Origin: Fibrobacteria bacterium
GTDB lineage: Bacteria > Fibrobacterota > Fibrobacteria > UBA11236
Reading direction: 5' to 3'
Length of the DNA: 64,000 nucleotides
NCBI GenBank assembly: GCA_043732185.1
Contig: JAYTHY010000112.1
Location: 64,001 to 128,000, forward strand
Positions 9,531 to 20,100 of this stretch are shown here, in pieces. How positions within the stretch are numbered: the stretch's first letter is position 1; every line of letters begins with the position of its first letter. The notes beneath the pieces are model-generated. The model saw nothing but the letters and a program-made list of their open reading frames with translations. It was not told the origin of the DNA and did not search any database. The position numbers were made by a program, and so were the translations under genes.

Positions 9531-10607
9531 ATGCCGCGTATAGCACTCATTGGCTGCGGTGGATTTATTGGCAGTCATTTTCTGGATGCTTTTCTAAGCG
9601 ACCCCGTTTGGTCCATTGAAGGTTGGGACTGGGAGTGTGGAAAAATCATTCCCCATTTGGACAATCCCGCTTTCACTTTCTACCCTGGGGATGTCTATGC
9701 CTTTCCGGACCTGGAAGATCACCTGGCGAATTGCGACGTCGTCATTAACCTAGCGGCGCTTTGCAACCCTTCCCAATACAATATTCGCGGCATAGATGTG
9801 ATTGAGAGCAATTTCATACACCCCCGGCGCATAGCTGATATATGCGCGCGTAGGGGGAAATGGCTGATTCAGTTTTCTACTAGTGAAGTGTATGGGCAAA
9901 CTTTGGCTCACTGGACCGGAGCTGAAAATCCTGAGCCATCGAGCTATGAATTAGATGAACAAGTTTCGCCGATGTTACTGGGTCCCGTCTCCGGATTGCG
10001 CTGGAGTTATGCTTGCGCCAAGCAGTTATTGGAACGTTATATTTTAGCGTTGCACCAGGAACAAGGGTTGCTCTATACGCTTATCCGGCCTTTTAATTTT
10101 CTGGGGCGGCGCATGGATTTTTTACCTGGTCTCGAGGGTGAGGGGCTGCCTCGGGTATTGGCCTGTTTCACGGCTGCGTTGTTGGAAAAAAGACCCTTAA
10201 GCCTGGTCGATGGCGGCAAAGCCAAAAGGACATTTTTGGCCGTGGAAGAAGCCGTTGCAGCCTTGCGATTGATGTTGGAAAGACCAAGTAAGGCCCATAA
10301 CCAAATTTTCAATCTTGGGCATCCCGGTAATGAAACCACTATCCTTGGATTGGCGGAAAGGATGCGGGAGCTCATGGCGGAATTGACTGAGGATATGAGC
10401 TATCTGCATCATCCATTGGTTTCAGTTTCGGCACATGATTTTTACGGCGCTGGGTATGAGGATTCCGATCGGCGTATGCCACGGGTCGACCGGGCCCGTT
10501 TGCAACTGGGTTGGGAACCGAAAAAAAACTTAAATGAAATCCTTCGCCCTATTTTACGAGACGCTATTGCCACTCACTTGAGTTTGTCCGTCCATAACGC
10601 CCAGTAA
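9531..10607 (+). CDS. NAD-dependent SDR; UDP-apiose/UDP-xylose synthase (UAS/AXS)-like UDP-GlcA decarboxylase
   Basis: GCGGFIG Rossmann motif; INLAALCNPSQYN, FSTSEVYG, RWSYACAKQL (YxxxK), RPFNFLGRRMDFLPG, EGLPRVLACF, LVDGG, FYGAGYEDSDRRMP, close to plant AXS motifs; stand-alone, no ArnA formyltransferase domain. Confidence 0.8.
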   Translation: MPRIALIGCGGFIGSHFLDAFLSDPVWSIEGWDWECGKIIPHLDNPAFTFYPGDVYAFPDLEDHLANCDVVINLAALCNPSQYNIRGIDVIESNFIHPRRIADICARRGKWLIQFSTSEVYGQTLAHWTGAENPEPSSYELDEQVSPMLLGPVSGLRWSYACAKQLLERYILALHQEQGLLYTLIRPFNFLGRRMDFLPGLEGEGLPRVLACFTAALLEKRPLSLVDGGKAKRTFLAVEEAVAALRLMLERPSKAHNQIFNLGHPGNETTILGLAERMRELMAELTEDMSYLHHPLVSVSAHDFYGAGYEDSDRRMPRVDRARLQLGWEPKKNLNEILRPILRDAIATHLSLSVHNAQ

Positions 10608-11020
10608 CGCGTGCGTTTGTCCTTGAAAAAATCGTCTTCGATGGCGCCGGTCCATTTGCTTTCCATGGGGGATAGCACAAGGTTATGAACGTCCCCAACC
10701 TGGAAGGATTTTAAATTTCCGCCGACTAAGCTGTCCAATCCATCTTTGATTTCGGCTCGGGCAAAGCGTGGGTTGTAATGGCCGATCAAAATCTCCGTAT
10801 CCGCATAATTGCCAGCCAGTACTTTCAGCACCTTGTATTTCATAACATAGGCATAGTTGTACAAATCGTTGGCGGGGAAAAGACCGGGAATGTCCACTAA
10901 CTCTGCTTTCACGATTAAGTCGCCATGGATCGGTGGCGTTTTTGGCGCAGGACTTTCCGATTGGTTGCCTTTGCAAGCAAACAGGCAAAATAAAAGAAAA
11001 AAAATTATACGCGTTTTCAA
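10574..11020 (-). CDS. Small hypothetical lipoprotein
   Basis: TTG start, MKTRIIFFLLFCLFAC lipobox; conserved-looking YNYAYVMKY and GHYNPR motifs; 3' end overlaps the SDR gene by 34 nt. Confidence 0.75.
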   Translation of the reverse strand: MKTRIIFFLLFCLFACKGNQSESPAPKTPPIHGDLIVKAELVDIPGLFPANDLYNYAYVMKYKVLKVLAGNYADTEILIGHYNPRFARAEIKDGLDSLVGGNLKSFQVGDVHNLVLSPMESKWTGAIEDDFFKDKRTRYWALWTDKLK

Positions 11021-11044
11021 AGTAAAAGTATTCTGTGAATCAGA

Positions 11045-12799
11045 TCATCTACCCACGTTTATGAATTTCCGTACAAGAGATCGGTTAGCATTTTGGAATT
11101 GAACATAAAATATTCCGGGCTTCAACCCAGATAGGGGGATGGCTGTATTCAATTGACCGTGGACTGCAGAGGTATATTCGATTCTCCCCTTGAGATCCAC
11201 AATTTGCAGCGTACCGGTTTCAGAATGGTGGAAATCGATTTGCAAAACGTTGTTCTTACAGTTTAAAGTAAGTGATTCTAAATCGGGCTTTATGCCTTGG
11301 ACGGGAGTGGGAAACATTTCGGTTTCCTTGCTGATTTTGTTCAGGGTATACCAAAACTCACCCGTAAATGCAGGAGTGCCTTTTTGGGATACCAAATTCC
11401 GATGAAAGCGAATGCGCACAACCCTGCCTGCTTCCAATCCGTCAATTTGCAAATGAACCTGGGTATTTGTGGCGTTGGCGGTCGCACGAGATACCTTCAG
11501 ACTTTTGCTGTCTATGACCGGTCCACCATAGGCACTGGTGGGTTTATAATACCACGTTTCAACCTGATAATTGTCGACCGAAAGTGCGGAGGGTCCAAAG
11601 GGTTCTGTAAATACCAGGGTAAATCCATTGGCTTTGGAATGCACTTCCAACACTTCAAAGGCTGTTTTATTGTTAAAGACAGCGGCCTGCATTCCAAACT
11701 GATGCCCATTCCAAATCCAAGTGCTGTTACCGGTCGCGCCCAGTCCACCCAGGTACAGTATTCCAGACGAATCCTGAAGCAACCGGTGGATGCCCGCCGA
11801 TTGCCCTGCGCTAAAGTGAAACAAGGCTCCTTGCCAATCGCCTTCCACCTTTTCCAAAGCCGCCCTATGAATATTGCCATAAAAAATATCGCCGATTATG
11901 AATTGGCCTTTATAAGGGCCGTGGGATAAAAGCAGCGGCTGAGTGGGCGACATGGCGCTTTCAATATAAGGAAAGTAAATGGCAGGAGGCGTTTCGATTT
12001 GTTTGCCGTCGAGAGTGTATTGCTGTCCATAGAAACTGGCTTTCTTAACGTGGACCAGTTTACTGGCGGGGTTCCAAGTGCCCTGATTAATCGTTGCGAA
12101 CAACTCGCCTTCTGGTCCCCAGCCCAAGCCATCCGGATTTCGTAACCCAGAGGCGATAAATTCTTTGGTTCCGTCCGTGCTGTTAATTTTCGCAATTACA
12201 GATTCCCAAGGTTCACCCGGATATTGAAATCCACCACCTTGTCCAGAAAAACCCGTGCCCACGTAAAAAAAGCCGTCCTTGTACTGAAGATCGTAAGTGT
12301 ACGTATTTGCAGCAGGCCCAACTCCGCCCACATTTTCACTAACAGAAAAGGTGGTCAAAACTTTCGTAGAATCGGCTATGTGATCGCCATTGGTATCGAT
12401 TAATTTGGTAATAGCCCATTTGTGCGCTACGTAGACTTCGCCTTTCACTACTTTAATTCCCAATGGTTCTAAAATGACCCCATTGTAATATTTTCGAAAA
12501 GTCACTTTCGATTTGTCCAAACCTTTCATACCTTCCAATACCCAAATGCTGCCATCAGACCAATCCCAGTGGGCGAAAACAATGCGATTGCTGTCCAGCC
12601 AGTCCCAGGCCGCAATGCGTAGATTAAAATTTGCCGGCATCAGATCCACGAGATCAATACTCGGGTGCACTTTGGTTAAGGTGCCAATGTTATCCGAGGG
12701 CACCCATTGGGCGTTTACCATTGAGGTTGTAAAGGTGAAAAGCATGGCTACCGCAAGCATCCGTGCAAGGCAGTATGGAATTTTATTGGGAACGCGCAT
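11045..12799 (-). CDS. Secreted GSDH/sorbosone-dehydrogenase-like beta-propeller + Ig-like domain + T9SS-like CTD
   Basis: Signal peptide; ASGLRNPDGL, NQGTWNP, SPTQP, GPYKGQFIIGD; tail IVDLKGR...GIFYVQF...RKFINV; paralog of 50607..52391. Confidence 0.75.
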   Translation of the reverse strand: MRVPNKIPYCLARMLAVAMLFTFTTSMVNAQWVPSDNIGTLTKVHPSIDLVDLMPANFNLRIAAWDWLDSNRIVFAHWDWSDGSIWVLEGMKGLDKSKVTFRKYYNGVILEPLGIKVVKGEVYVAHKWAITKLIDTNGDHIADSTKVLTTFSVSENVGGVGPAANTYTYDLQYKDGFFYVGTGFSGQGGGFQYPGEPWESVIAKINSTDGTKEFIASGLRNPDGLGWGPEGELFATINQGTWNPASKLVHVKKASFYGQQYTLDGKQIETPPAIYFPYIESAMSPTQPLLLSHGPYKGQFIIGDIFYGNIHRAALEKVEGDWQGALFHFSAGQSAGIHRLLQDSSGILYLGGLGATGNSTWIWNGHQFGMQAAVFNNKTAFEVLEVHSKANGFTLVFTEPFGPSALSVDNYQVETWYYKPTSAYGGPVIDSKSLKVSRATANATNTQVHLQIDGLEAGRVVRIRFHRNLVSQKGTPAFTGEFWYTLNKISKETEMFPTPVQGIKPDLESLTLNCKNNVLQIDFHHSETGTLQIVDLKGRIEYTSAVHGQLNTAIPLSGLKPGIFYVQFQNANRSLVRKFINVGR

Positions 12800-12863
12800 G
12801 ATTTTACCTTTTTCAAAATATACCCAAAAAAGATTTTAATAGTTTGTGATAACCAAATCCTGA

Positions 12864-12884
12864 CGCAATTCCTATTAAAATCGG
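12864..12884 (+). promoter_or_regulatory. Candidate shared upstream motif, copy 1 (CGCAATTCCTATTAAAATCGG)
   Basis: Nearly identical to 17016-17034; both are intergenic and upstream of secreted carbohydrate-active genes. Confidence 0.3.
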
Positions 12885-12912
12885 TGCTATTCGCCAAGAA
12901 AACCAAACCAGA

Positions 12913-15804
12913 ATGCCTAGATTGAAGGTTACTTCACTCCTATCCAGCCGGTATAAAATGAGTTCAATATTAACTGGGTTCGCATTTCCAAAGCGATTTA
13001 CAACATCGAAACAATTTTTAATTGCCGTTGCTTTTTTTGCGCAAGGCGTGACAGGACTTCATGCCCAGCCACTATGGGGTACCTCTCCGATTACCCAGCC
13101 CTATCCGTATGTAACCACTGGTGGAATGACCGGTCCTGCGGTTCCAGAATCCCCTGATCCTCTAGTTGCTTATCGCTGGGCAAACCCAAAAGCGACGGAT
13201 GGATTTGAAATTTATTTGCTTAAACCTACAGCCGTATTCACCGCCACTCCAAGTTCTTTTACAAATGCAAATTCCCTGACTGGGTCAGCCCCAAATGTCA
13301 CCGTTAATGGTACGGGTTCTCTTCGATTGGATTTTGGAAGGGAAAATGCGGCTTGGCTCGAATTTGATAGCCCGGATTTAATCGGTAATGTGGAAATGAG
13401 CATTGGAGAAGCCAACCAACCAGGAGTAGGCAAAACCGCTGGTCCGACCAAGATTGGCAATACCTATCGACTGCAATGGAACAGTGAGCTATATGACGGC
13501 GTACGCTTTGGATGGATCACGGTGAAGTCCTTTTCAAGTGCTTGGCATATCACCGGTATACGTTTAGTGTGTCAAACGAAACCGACCAATTACCAAGGAA
13601 GTTTTTCCTCCAGCGATACCATGTTGACCAAGATCTGGTATGTGTGTGCCTATGGAGTGAAATTAAATCTTCTAAAAACCTATTTCGGTGCCATTCTGAT
13701 GGATCGTGGCGATCGTATGTCTTGGACGGGGGATTCACACCCTGCACAAGCGGCATCCTTGGTGGCCTTCGGAAACTATGATTTTATAAAACTGAATATC
13801 GCCAATACTTCAGGACAGAATAATGGCATTGCCAGCTACTCGCTATACTGGGTATTGAGCTTGGTGGACTATTACAACTATTCTGGCGATAGTGCCACAA
13901 TGAGTACCTATATCGCCAACGCCGTCGGCAAACTCGATAATGCCTATGGTGCTGGGGCAGGTTTCGATGGTTGGGACGAACGCTTGGATGCGGGATTTGA
14001 AATGTGGTTTACGGGTGCCAATCAAGAGGTAAAGGATTCCTATAAAATGCTCGTGATCCGAACCTGGATGGAATTTGCGGACGCCATGGGAAAATTCGGA
14101 CGCGCCGATTTACAGGCGAAGTATAGTAAGCTTGCTTCGGATAAAATGACGGCCCTAAGGGTCACGTCCACTTGGTCCTCTGCTTTTGGACTCCATGCGG
14201 CTGCCAGTGCTATCAATACGGGCTTGCTCACGCGTGCGGAGCAAGACAAGCTCGCCGATAAAGAATTTATGGATCGGGTCAACCGAATTTCGATTTCCCA
14301 GTTTAACCAATACTTTATCATCCAGGCCATGGCGCGCTCCAATCGATTTGATGAAGCCATCTCCTCCGCCAAGGATTTGTGGGGTGAGATGATTAAGTAT
14401 GGCGGCACCACTCCGTTTGAAGTGTACCGTCCCACTTGGAACAAAGGAATCGGCGTCAATGGAGCGGTACCGAACACGCAAAGCGGTCTCACCAGTCTGT
14501 GCCATCCTTGGGGATCCGGTCCGGTAAAGTGGCTGAATGAAGAACTGCTTGGCATCAAGCCCACAACACCAGGGTTTAAAACGTATGCCATTATTCCTCA
14601 CTTGGGCCGTTCCTTAACCAGTGTAAAAGGAAAAACGCCCACTTCTTTTGGGGACATCAGTGCCAGTTTTAATATTACTACCGGTGCTTGCCAGATTATT
14701 GCACCTTCGGGAACAGTCGGCAGATTCGGTATACCCAAAGCAGAAAAATTCATTTCGAGTATTGCCATTAATGGGATTACCACATGGGACAACGCTTTTC
14801 ATGCTACAACGGGAATTGGTGGCGCAACCCAGGATTCAGAATACGTATACTTTTCCGCCGTCCAGCCAGGCACTTATAACATAGCCGTTACCTATACCGG
14901 ATCAACGCCCGTTTATAGCGAACCCGCGGAAATTTATCCTGCCCAATTCCTCAAACAAGATTCCACCACTGGCGGAAATTGGGGTGGCGTTTACGGTACA
15001 GAGGGCTATGTGCTCTGTAATTATAATGACGGTGGAGTGGATAAAAAGTCGCTGCCGTCCTATGTTACGTCTGTTAAATATTTCCGAGCCTTTGGCGGGT
15101 CCAATCAGCTTCCAGACAACACATCCTGGGCGGCAAATACCACCGATACCCGAGCCTTGGCCCCCGACTCGACGAACAAGGGTTCCAGAAATTCTCGCGC
15201 TCTGTCCAATGCAGGCAATACCTTTACGTTTACCATAGAAGTCAATGGCGTCCATGATTATCAAGTAGCCCTTTATTTTGTCGATTGGGACAATAAAACC
15301 AGAAGTCATGCTGTAGAAATGTTTGATGCCACTACGTTGAAAATGGTAGCTCCAGTCCAAGTCGTGGAAAATTATCGGGGCGGAAAATACCTCGTGTACA
15401 CGTACAACAAATCAGCAAAATTCAGGCTGGATAAAATACGTGGAGATATCGTACCGCTAAGCGGGATGTTCTTTGGCCCCAAGCCCATTGTCGGCATTGC
15501 CTCGACATTTGATCCGTTGCAAATTACGTCGGCCAAGAACAGCCCCAATCCCTTTCGCGGTAGCACTCAGATAAAATTCATCATAGCCGGAAATAATACC
15601 CCGGTGGATGTTAGCCTACGGGTATATGACATGCACGGCTTACTGGTAAAGCAATTGCTGAATCAGCCTAAGAAATCCGGCGTGTATTCGGTTCGCTGGA
15701 ACGGCGCCAATGAGCAGGGCATTCCGGTATCTCCCGGCACATATATTTATCGGTTGCAGGTTGGTTCGCGACATGAATTAGTGGAAAAGATGATGAAGTT
15801 TTAG
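12913..15804 (+). CDS. GH78-like alpha-L-rhamnosidase with extra C-terminal module and FlgD/T9SS-type CTD
   Basis: RLDFGRE, DRGDRMSWTGD, TPFEVY, SLCHPWGSGP, GIKPTTPGFK; CTD NSPNPF...YDMHG...GTYIYRL; start may be the second Met (12958). Confidence 0.8.
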   Translation: MPRLKVTSLLSSRYKMSSILTGFAFPKRFTTSKQFLIAVAFFAQGVTGLHAQPLWGTSPITQPYPYVTTGGMTGPAVPESPDPLVAYRWANPKATDGFEIYLLKPTAVFTATPSSFTNANSLTGSAPNVTVNGTGSLRLDFGRENAAWLEFDSPDLIGNVEMSIGEANQPGVGKTAGPTKIGNTYRLQWNSELYDGVRFGWITVKSFSSAWHITGIRLVCQTKPTNYQGSFSSSDTMLTKIWYVCAYGVKLNLLKTYFGAILMDRGDRMSWTGDSHPAQAASLVAFGNYDFIKLNIANTSGQNNGIASYSLYWVLSLVDYYNYSGDSATMSTYIANAVGKLDNAYGAGAGFDGWDERLDAGFEMWFTGANQEVKDSYKMLVIRTWMEFADAMGKFGRADLQAKYSKLASDKMTALRVTSTWSSAFGLHAAASAINTGLLTRAEQDKLADKEFMDRVNRISISQFNQYFIIQAMARSNRFDEAISSAKDLWGEMIKYGGTTPFEVYRPTWNKGIGVNGAVPNTQSGLTSLCHPWGSGPVKWLNEELLGIKPTTPGFKTYAIIPHLGRSLTSVKGKTPTSFGDISASFNITTGACQIIAPSGTVGRFGIPKAEKFISSIAINGITTWDNAFHATTGIGGATQDSEYVYFSAVQPGTYNIAVTYTGSTPVYSEPAEIYPAQFLKQDSTTGGNWGGVYGTEGYVLCNYNDGGVDKKSLPSYVTSVKYFRAFGGSNQLPDNTSWAANTTDTRALAPDSTNKGSRNSRALSNAGNTFTFTIEVNGVHDYQVALYFVDWDNKTRSHAVEMFDATTLKMVAPVQVVENYRGGKYLVYTYNKSAKFRLDKIRGDIVPLSGMFFGPKPIVGIASTFDPLQITSAKNSPNPFRGSTQIKFIIAGNNTPVDVSLRVYDMHGLLVKQLLNQPKKSGVYSVRWNGANEQGIPVSPGTYIYRLQVGSRHELVEKMMKF

Positions 15805-15844
15805 CATCTTGAATCGTATTCGATTGTATTAAAAGGGGATAGTT

Positions 15845-16942
15845 ATGGCATCGTTTGGTAGAAACCGAATGCAAGGGCTGGGGATTATTTTTTTTCTTTT
15901 GATTGGACTAAAAAGTGCACCTGCACAATCCATTGAATTATTATGGCCAACTGGCGCACCCGGAGCGTTGGGCACCAACGATGTGGATAAGCCAGCCGTC
16001 TATTTGTATCCAGCAACGGGTGCAAAGGCCAATGGGGCGGCGGTTGTCATTTGTCCAGGGGGTGGATACTCCTTCTGGGCTGCACCCAATGAGGGATGGC
16101 CGATTGCTGCGTGGATGAACACTTTAGGCGTCTCCGCTTTTGTACTTAAATACCGTTTGGGGCCGACCTATAAACATCCCGTTGAAATGCATGATGCGCA
16201 GCGAGCCATGCGTTGGGTGCGCGCAAATGCCAAGCGCTTCAATATCGATCCCAAGCGTGTGGGCATCATAGGCTTTTCGGCTGGTGGGCATTTGGCCGCA
16301 ACAGTAGCGACGCATTACGATTCCGGCGCACCAGGTGCTGCAGACACCATTGACCGTTTTTCCTGTCGCCCTGACTTTCATATCTTAGGCTATCCTGTTA
16401 TTACCATGGATTTATCCTTTACCCATATGGGCTCGCGTACCGCTTTGCTTGGAAACACGCCATCCCAATTTTTGGTGGATCTGCTGTCCAATGAAAAGCA
16501 GGTGAATGCGAAAACACCACCCGGGTTCTTGACTCATGCAAAAGATGACGGCCTTGTGCCGATAAAAAACAGTCAAGCCTACTTCGATTCCTTGGTCAAA
16601 TTCCATGTGCCTGCCCAATTCAAAATATTCAACACAGGTGGGCATGGGTTTGGACTGGCCACAGGTTTAGGCGGTGCTCCAATCGACACGGTACTGGCTG
16701 GCTGGGCTCCATTGGCGGCTAAATGGTTGGACAGTTTAGGTTTTTTCAAAGCCACTTCAACTTCGGTTTACGGGCAGCAAATTTCCAAATCCAAATCTTC
16801 AGGATTTGGTAAGATCAAGGAAAAGACAAACCCAGCAAACTTGAGCATATGGGAACCCGGCTTTCAATTTGGAAAAGCAGATCGTTCAGCTGGGACATTT
16901 AGCGCCACAGGCCGAGTAAAGGCTCGTTTGATAAAGCGGTAA
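15845..16942 (+). CDS. Secreted alpha/beta hydrolase (BD-FAE / acetyl-esterase-like)
   Basis: CPGGGY, GFSAGGH nucleophile, DDGLVP, GGHGFG; short tail FSATGRVKARLIKR. Confidence 0.85.
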   Translation: MASFGRNRMQGLGIIFFLLIGLKSAPAQSIELLWPTGAPGALGTNDVDKPAVYLYPATGAKANGAAVVICPGGGYSFWAAPNEGWPIAAWMNTLGVSAFVLKYRLGPTYKHPVEMHDAQRAMRWVRANAKRFNIDPKRVGIIGFSAGGHLAATVATHYDSGAPGAADTIDRFSCRPDFHILGYPVITMDLSFTHMGSRTALLGNTPSQFLVDLLSNEKQVNAKTPPGFLTHAKDDGLVPIKNSQAYFDSLVKFHVPAQFKIFNTGGHGFGLATGLGGAPIDTVLAGWAPLAAKWLDSLGFFKATSTSVYGQQISKSKSSGFGKIKEKTNPANLSIWEPGFQFGKADRSAGTFSATGRVKARLIKR

Positions 16943-17015
16943 AACCCTAAAACGAAAAATCGGTCTTGTGTTCTGAAATATGGATTAATAGTATTTGATT
17001 CAAGGCGGACCGTGT

Positions 17016-17034
17016 CGCTATTCCTATTAATCGG
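17016..17034 (+). promoter_or_regulatory. Candidate shared upstream motif, copy 2 (CGCTATTCCTATTAATCGG)
   Basis: Matches 12864-12884; followed by inverted repeat TCCTAA-C-TTAGGA at 17067-17079. Confidence 0.3.
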
Positions 17035-17110
17035 ACCTGAAATTGCCTAGAATTATTTTGCAATTGTCCTAACTTAGGATTGGCGTCTACACATTTTAAG
17101 GTGGTATATT

Positions 17111-20100
17111 ATGGGCATCGGGTACCATGGACTCCTAAAAAAGTTTTCTTTTTTCCTGGCAATTTCGGTTTTATTTTCCCTATCGCAAGCCCAGTATCCG
17201 ACGTGGCTGCATTCCGATTCAGTGTTCATAAATACTACTCCTGATGGGGGAAATATCCCCAGCACAGCCACTGAAACCAATTTTCCACTACTGATACGAT
17301 TGCACAAAGATTTTTTCAATTTTGCTGAAGCCCAGGCCAATGGGGAAGATATCCGTTTCGCCACAAAAGCTGGTGCACCGCTTTCCTATCAGATAGAAAA
17401 CTGGGATGGCGCTGCAGGTTCCGCAAGTATTTGGGTCAAAATTCCAACTGTAACAGGAAATAGCCGGCAAGGCATAATGGTTTTCTGGGGAAACTCGACT
17501 GCAGCTTCGGAATCCAATGGAGGAGCAGTTTTCAACAGTTCCAATGGGTATTTGAGTGTTTTCCACATGAACGATCCGACTAAAGATGAAGTCGGTACGT
17601 TGTCGGCAACCAATGTGGGCACAACCGCTGCCGCTGGATTAATCGGCAACGGGCGTCGGTTTGCAGCCGGACAGGGTATAAGAGGTGGTACCAATATCAC
17701 AACTTATCCAACAGGTTCCAGCCCGCACTCGACCGAAGCATGGTTCAAGGCCGTTTCTGCCAACAGTGTGATTCAAGCATGGGGCATCGATGGACCCGCC
17801 AGTAAAGTGGTTATGAAATTGGTCAGCCCTCCACATGTGAGTTTGGATTCCTGGTTTGCAAATGGAAATGTCAACGGAACAAGCGATATACCCTTGGCAC
17901 AATGGGTTCATGTTGTTTATGTGTACGAAAGCGGCAACGCAAGGTTTTATGTCAATGGCGTGCAGGACGGTGTCAATACTGCAACAGGTGGCGCACTGAC
18001 AATACCTAGCCCATGCCGAATGTATATCGGCGGTTGGTATGACAATTACAGCTTTGTCGGGGATATGGATGAGGTACGGATTTCCAAGGTGGCCAGGTCT
18101 GCGGCATGGGCAAAAATGGAATATGAAAATCAAAAGCCACTGCAGTCCATGGCCGGAATGCTGGTCCCTGCAGGCACTGCCTTTTCAGTGCCACAGCCCG
18201 CCGTATCTGTTCTTGAAGGTCAGACCGCTGTCCTTACGGGCACTGCCGGTGGTGCTCAGAAAATCTATTGGATTCTAAAAGAGGGCACCAAAGAAACGGT
18301 ACTTGCCGTCGACCGCCTTAATCTTTCCTATCTGGCAGAAAGAGTGACAGCGGATAAAGCCGTTATCATCCAGTTCAAAGCCATTTATCCTACTGAAGTC
18401 AAAACCCAGGATATTACCCTGACTATCAAAGAAGATATGCCGGATCCACTGTTTACCTTAACCGGCCCTGCGACCTGGAATGGCCGCGATGCTATTTCCT
18501 TAACTCCAGTGATCACCAATCAAACGGATATGACAGCCAAGGGTGTTGGAGCATTGACCTATACTTGGAGCATCGCTAATATCGCCGCTATCAAGGAAAT
18601 AACCCCCGGTAAGCTCACTTTAAAAGGTGCCCAAAAAAGTGGCAAGATGACGATCACGCTATCTATTGGAAATGGTGGGGCGGCAACGACGCATACCGTA
18701 GATATTTTAGTTACGGAACCAACAACTGATCCATGGCTGGTACGTACTCCAGCCGCCGATGAAAAAGCCGTCAACTCGCAGTTCTATGCACGGGATCCTA
18801 ATAATGTCTGCACCGTAATTTACAATGGCACTTCAACAACTGCCGCGGATTCCGTGTACGTCAAAATGTATGCCGGCACGACACTCCAAAATAGACTGGC
18901 ACAGGCACTTCCCACTGCCCGGACCTACCAATTTTCTCCCACCATCACTTCTGGGTTAGTCGAATACAAATTGGAATTCGGAACCAAGACAGGCGGCACC
19001 GAAACGTTGGTGAGCACGGTGAACAATCTTCAATGCGGCGATGCCTATATCATCGAAGGGCAATCCAATGCCGTTGGCACTACCTTCGGAACCGATCTCG
19101 ATCCAACCACCAGCGAATGGGTCCGCACCTTTGGGAACAGTGGTGGCAATCCTCCTGGCACCAGCTGGGGTCAGGCCGTACACAGTGGCCCGGGAGGGGC
19201 TTTCACCGTCGGATATTGGGGCCTTGAGCTGCCGAGAAAACTGGTAGCAACATATAATGTCCCAATTTGCATCCTCAATGGCGCAGTCGGCGGGACCCGC
19301 GTGGACACGCATCTGCGCAATGAAGCCGATCCAACGGATACAACTACTTACTATGGTGCTCTGTTGACTCGGGTGCAGCGTGCGAAATTGACGCATGGCA
19401 TTCGTGGAATTTTTTGGCATCAAGGAGAAGCCGATCAGGGTTCGGATGGACCCACAGGTCGATGGGGTTGGGAAGACTATCAGCATTTCTTCATCGATAT
19501 GTCCGCGTCCTGGAAGCAGGATTATCCCAATATCCGCCACTATTATATTTTCCAAATTTGGCCGAACGGCTGCGCTCAGGCAGGTGCCGGGGGTCAGGAC
19601 AATATGCTACGTGAAATGCAGAGAACCTTGCCTTACAACTATTCCAACATGGGTATCATGACTACCATAGGCGTTCGGCCAGGAGTGACCTGCCATGTCG
19701 ACGCACCTGGCTATCTTGAATTTGCCCGCCTAATGTCCCCGCTAGTTGAAAGAGACAATTACGGTAAAGTGTACACGACATCCATCACTCCACCCGATGT
19801 TAAAAAGGCGTACTTCACCAGCTCGGCGAAAACCGCGATTACTGTGGAATTCGATCAGCCGGTAACGTGGGTCAGTACCCTATCTACCCAATTTTACCTC
19901 GATGGCGTAAGCGGAAAAGTATCCACTGGAGCAACCTCTGGAAATGATTTGACACTGACCCTGAATGCGCCCTCGACTGCGAGCAAAATAATGTATCTCG
20001 ATAGTCGTTCCTGGAGTGAGAGCAACATATTGTATGGTGCCAACAATATTGCGGCTTTAACCTTTGCAAATGTGCCTATTTATCCGGATAAAAATACGAT

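Noticed and set aside
9531..10607. arnA lipid A modification gene
   Set aside because: No formyltransferase domain or arnBCDT genes; motifs closer to AXS/UAS
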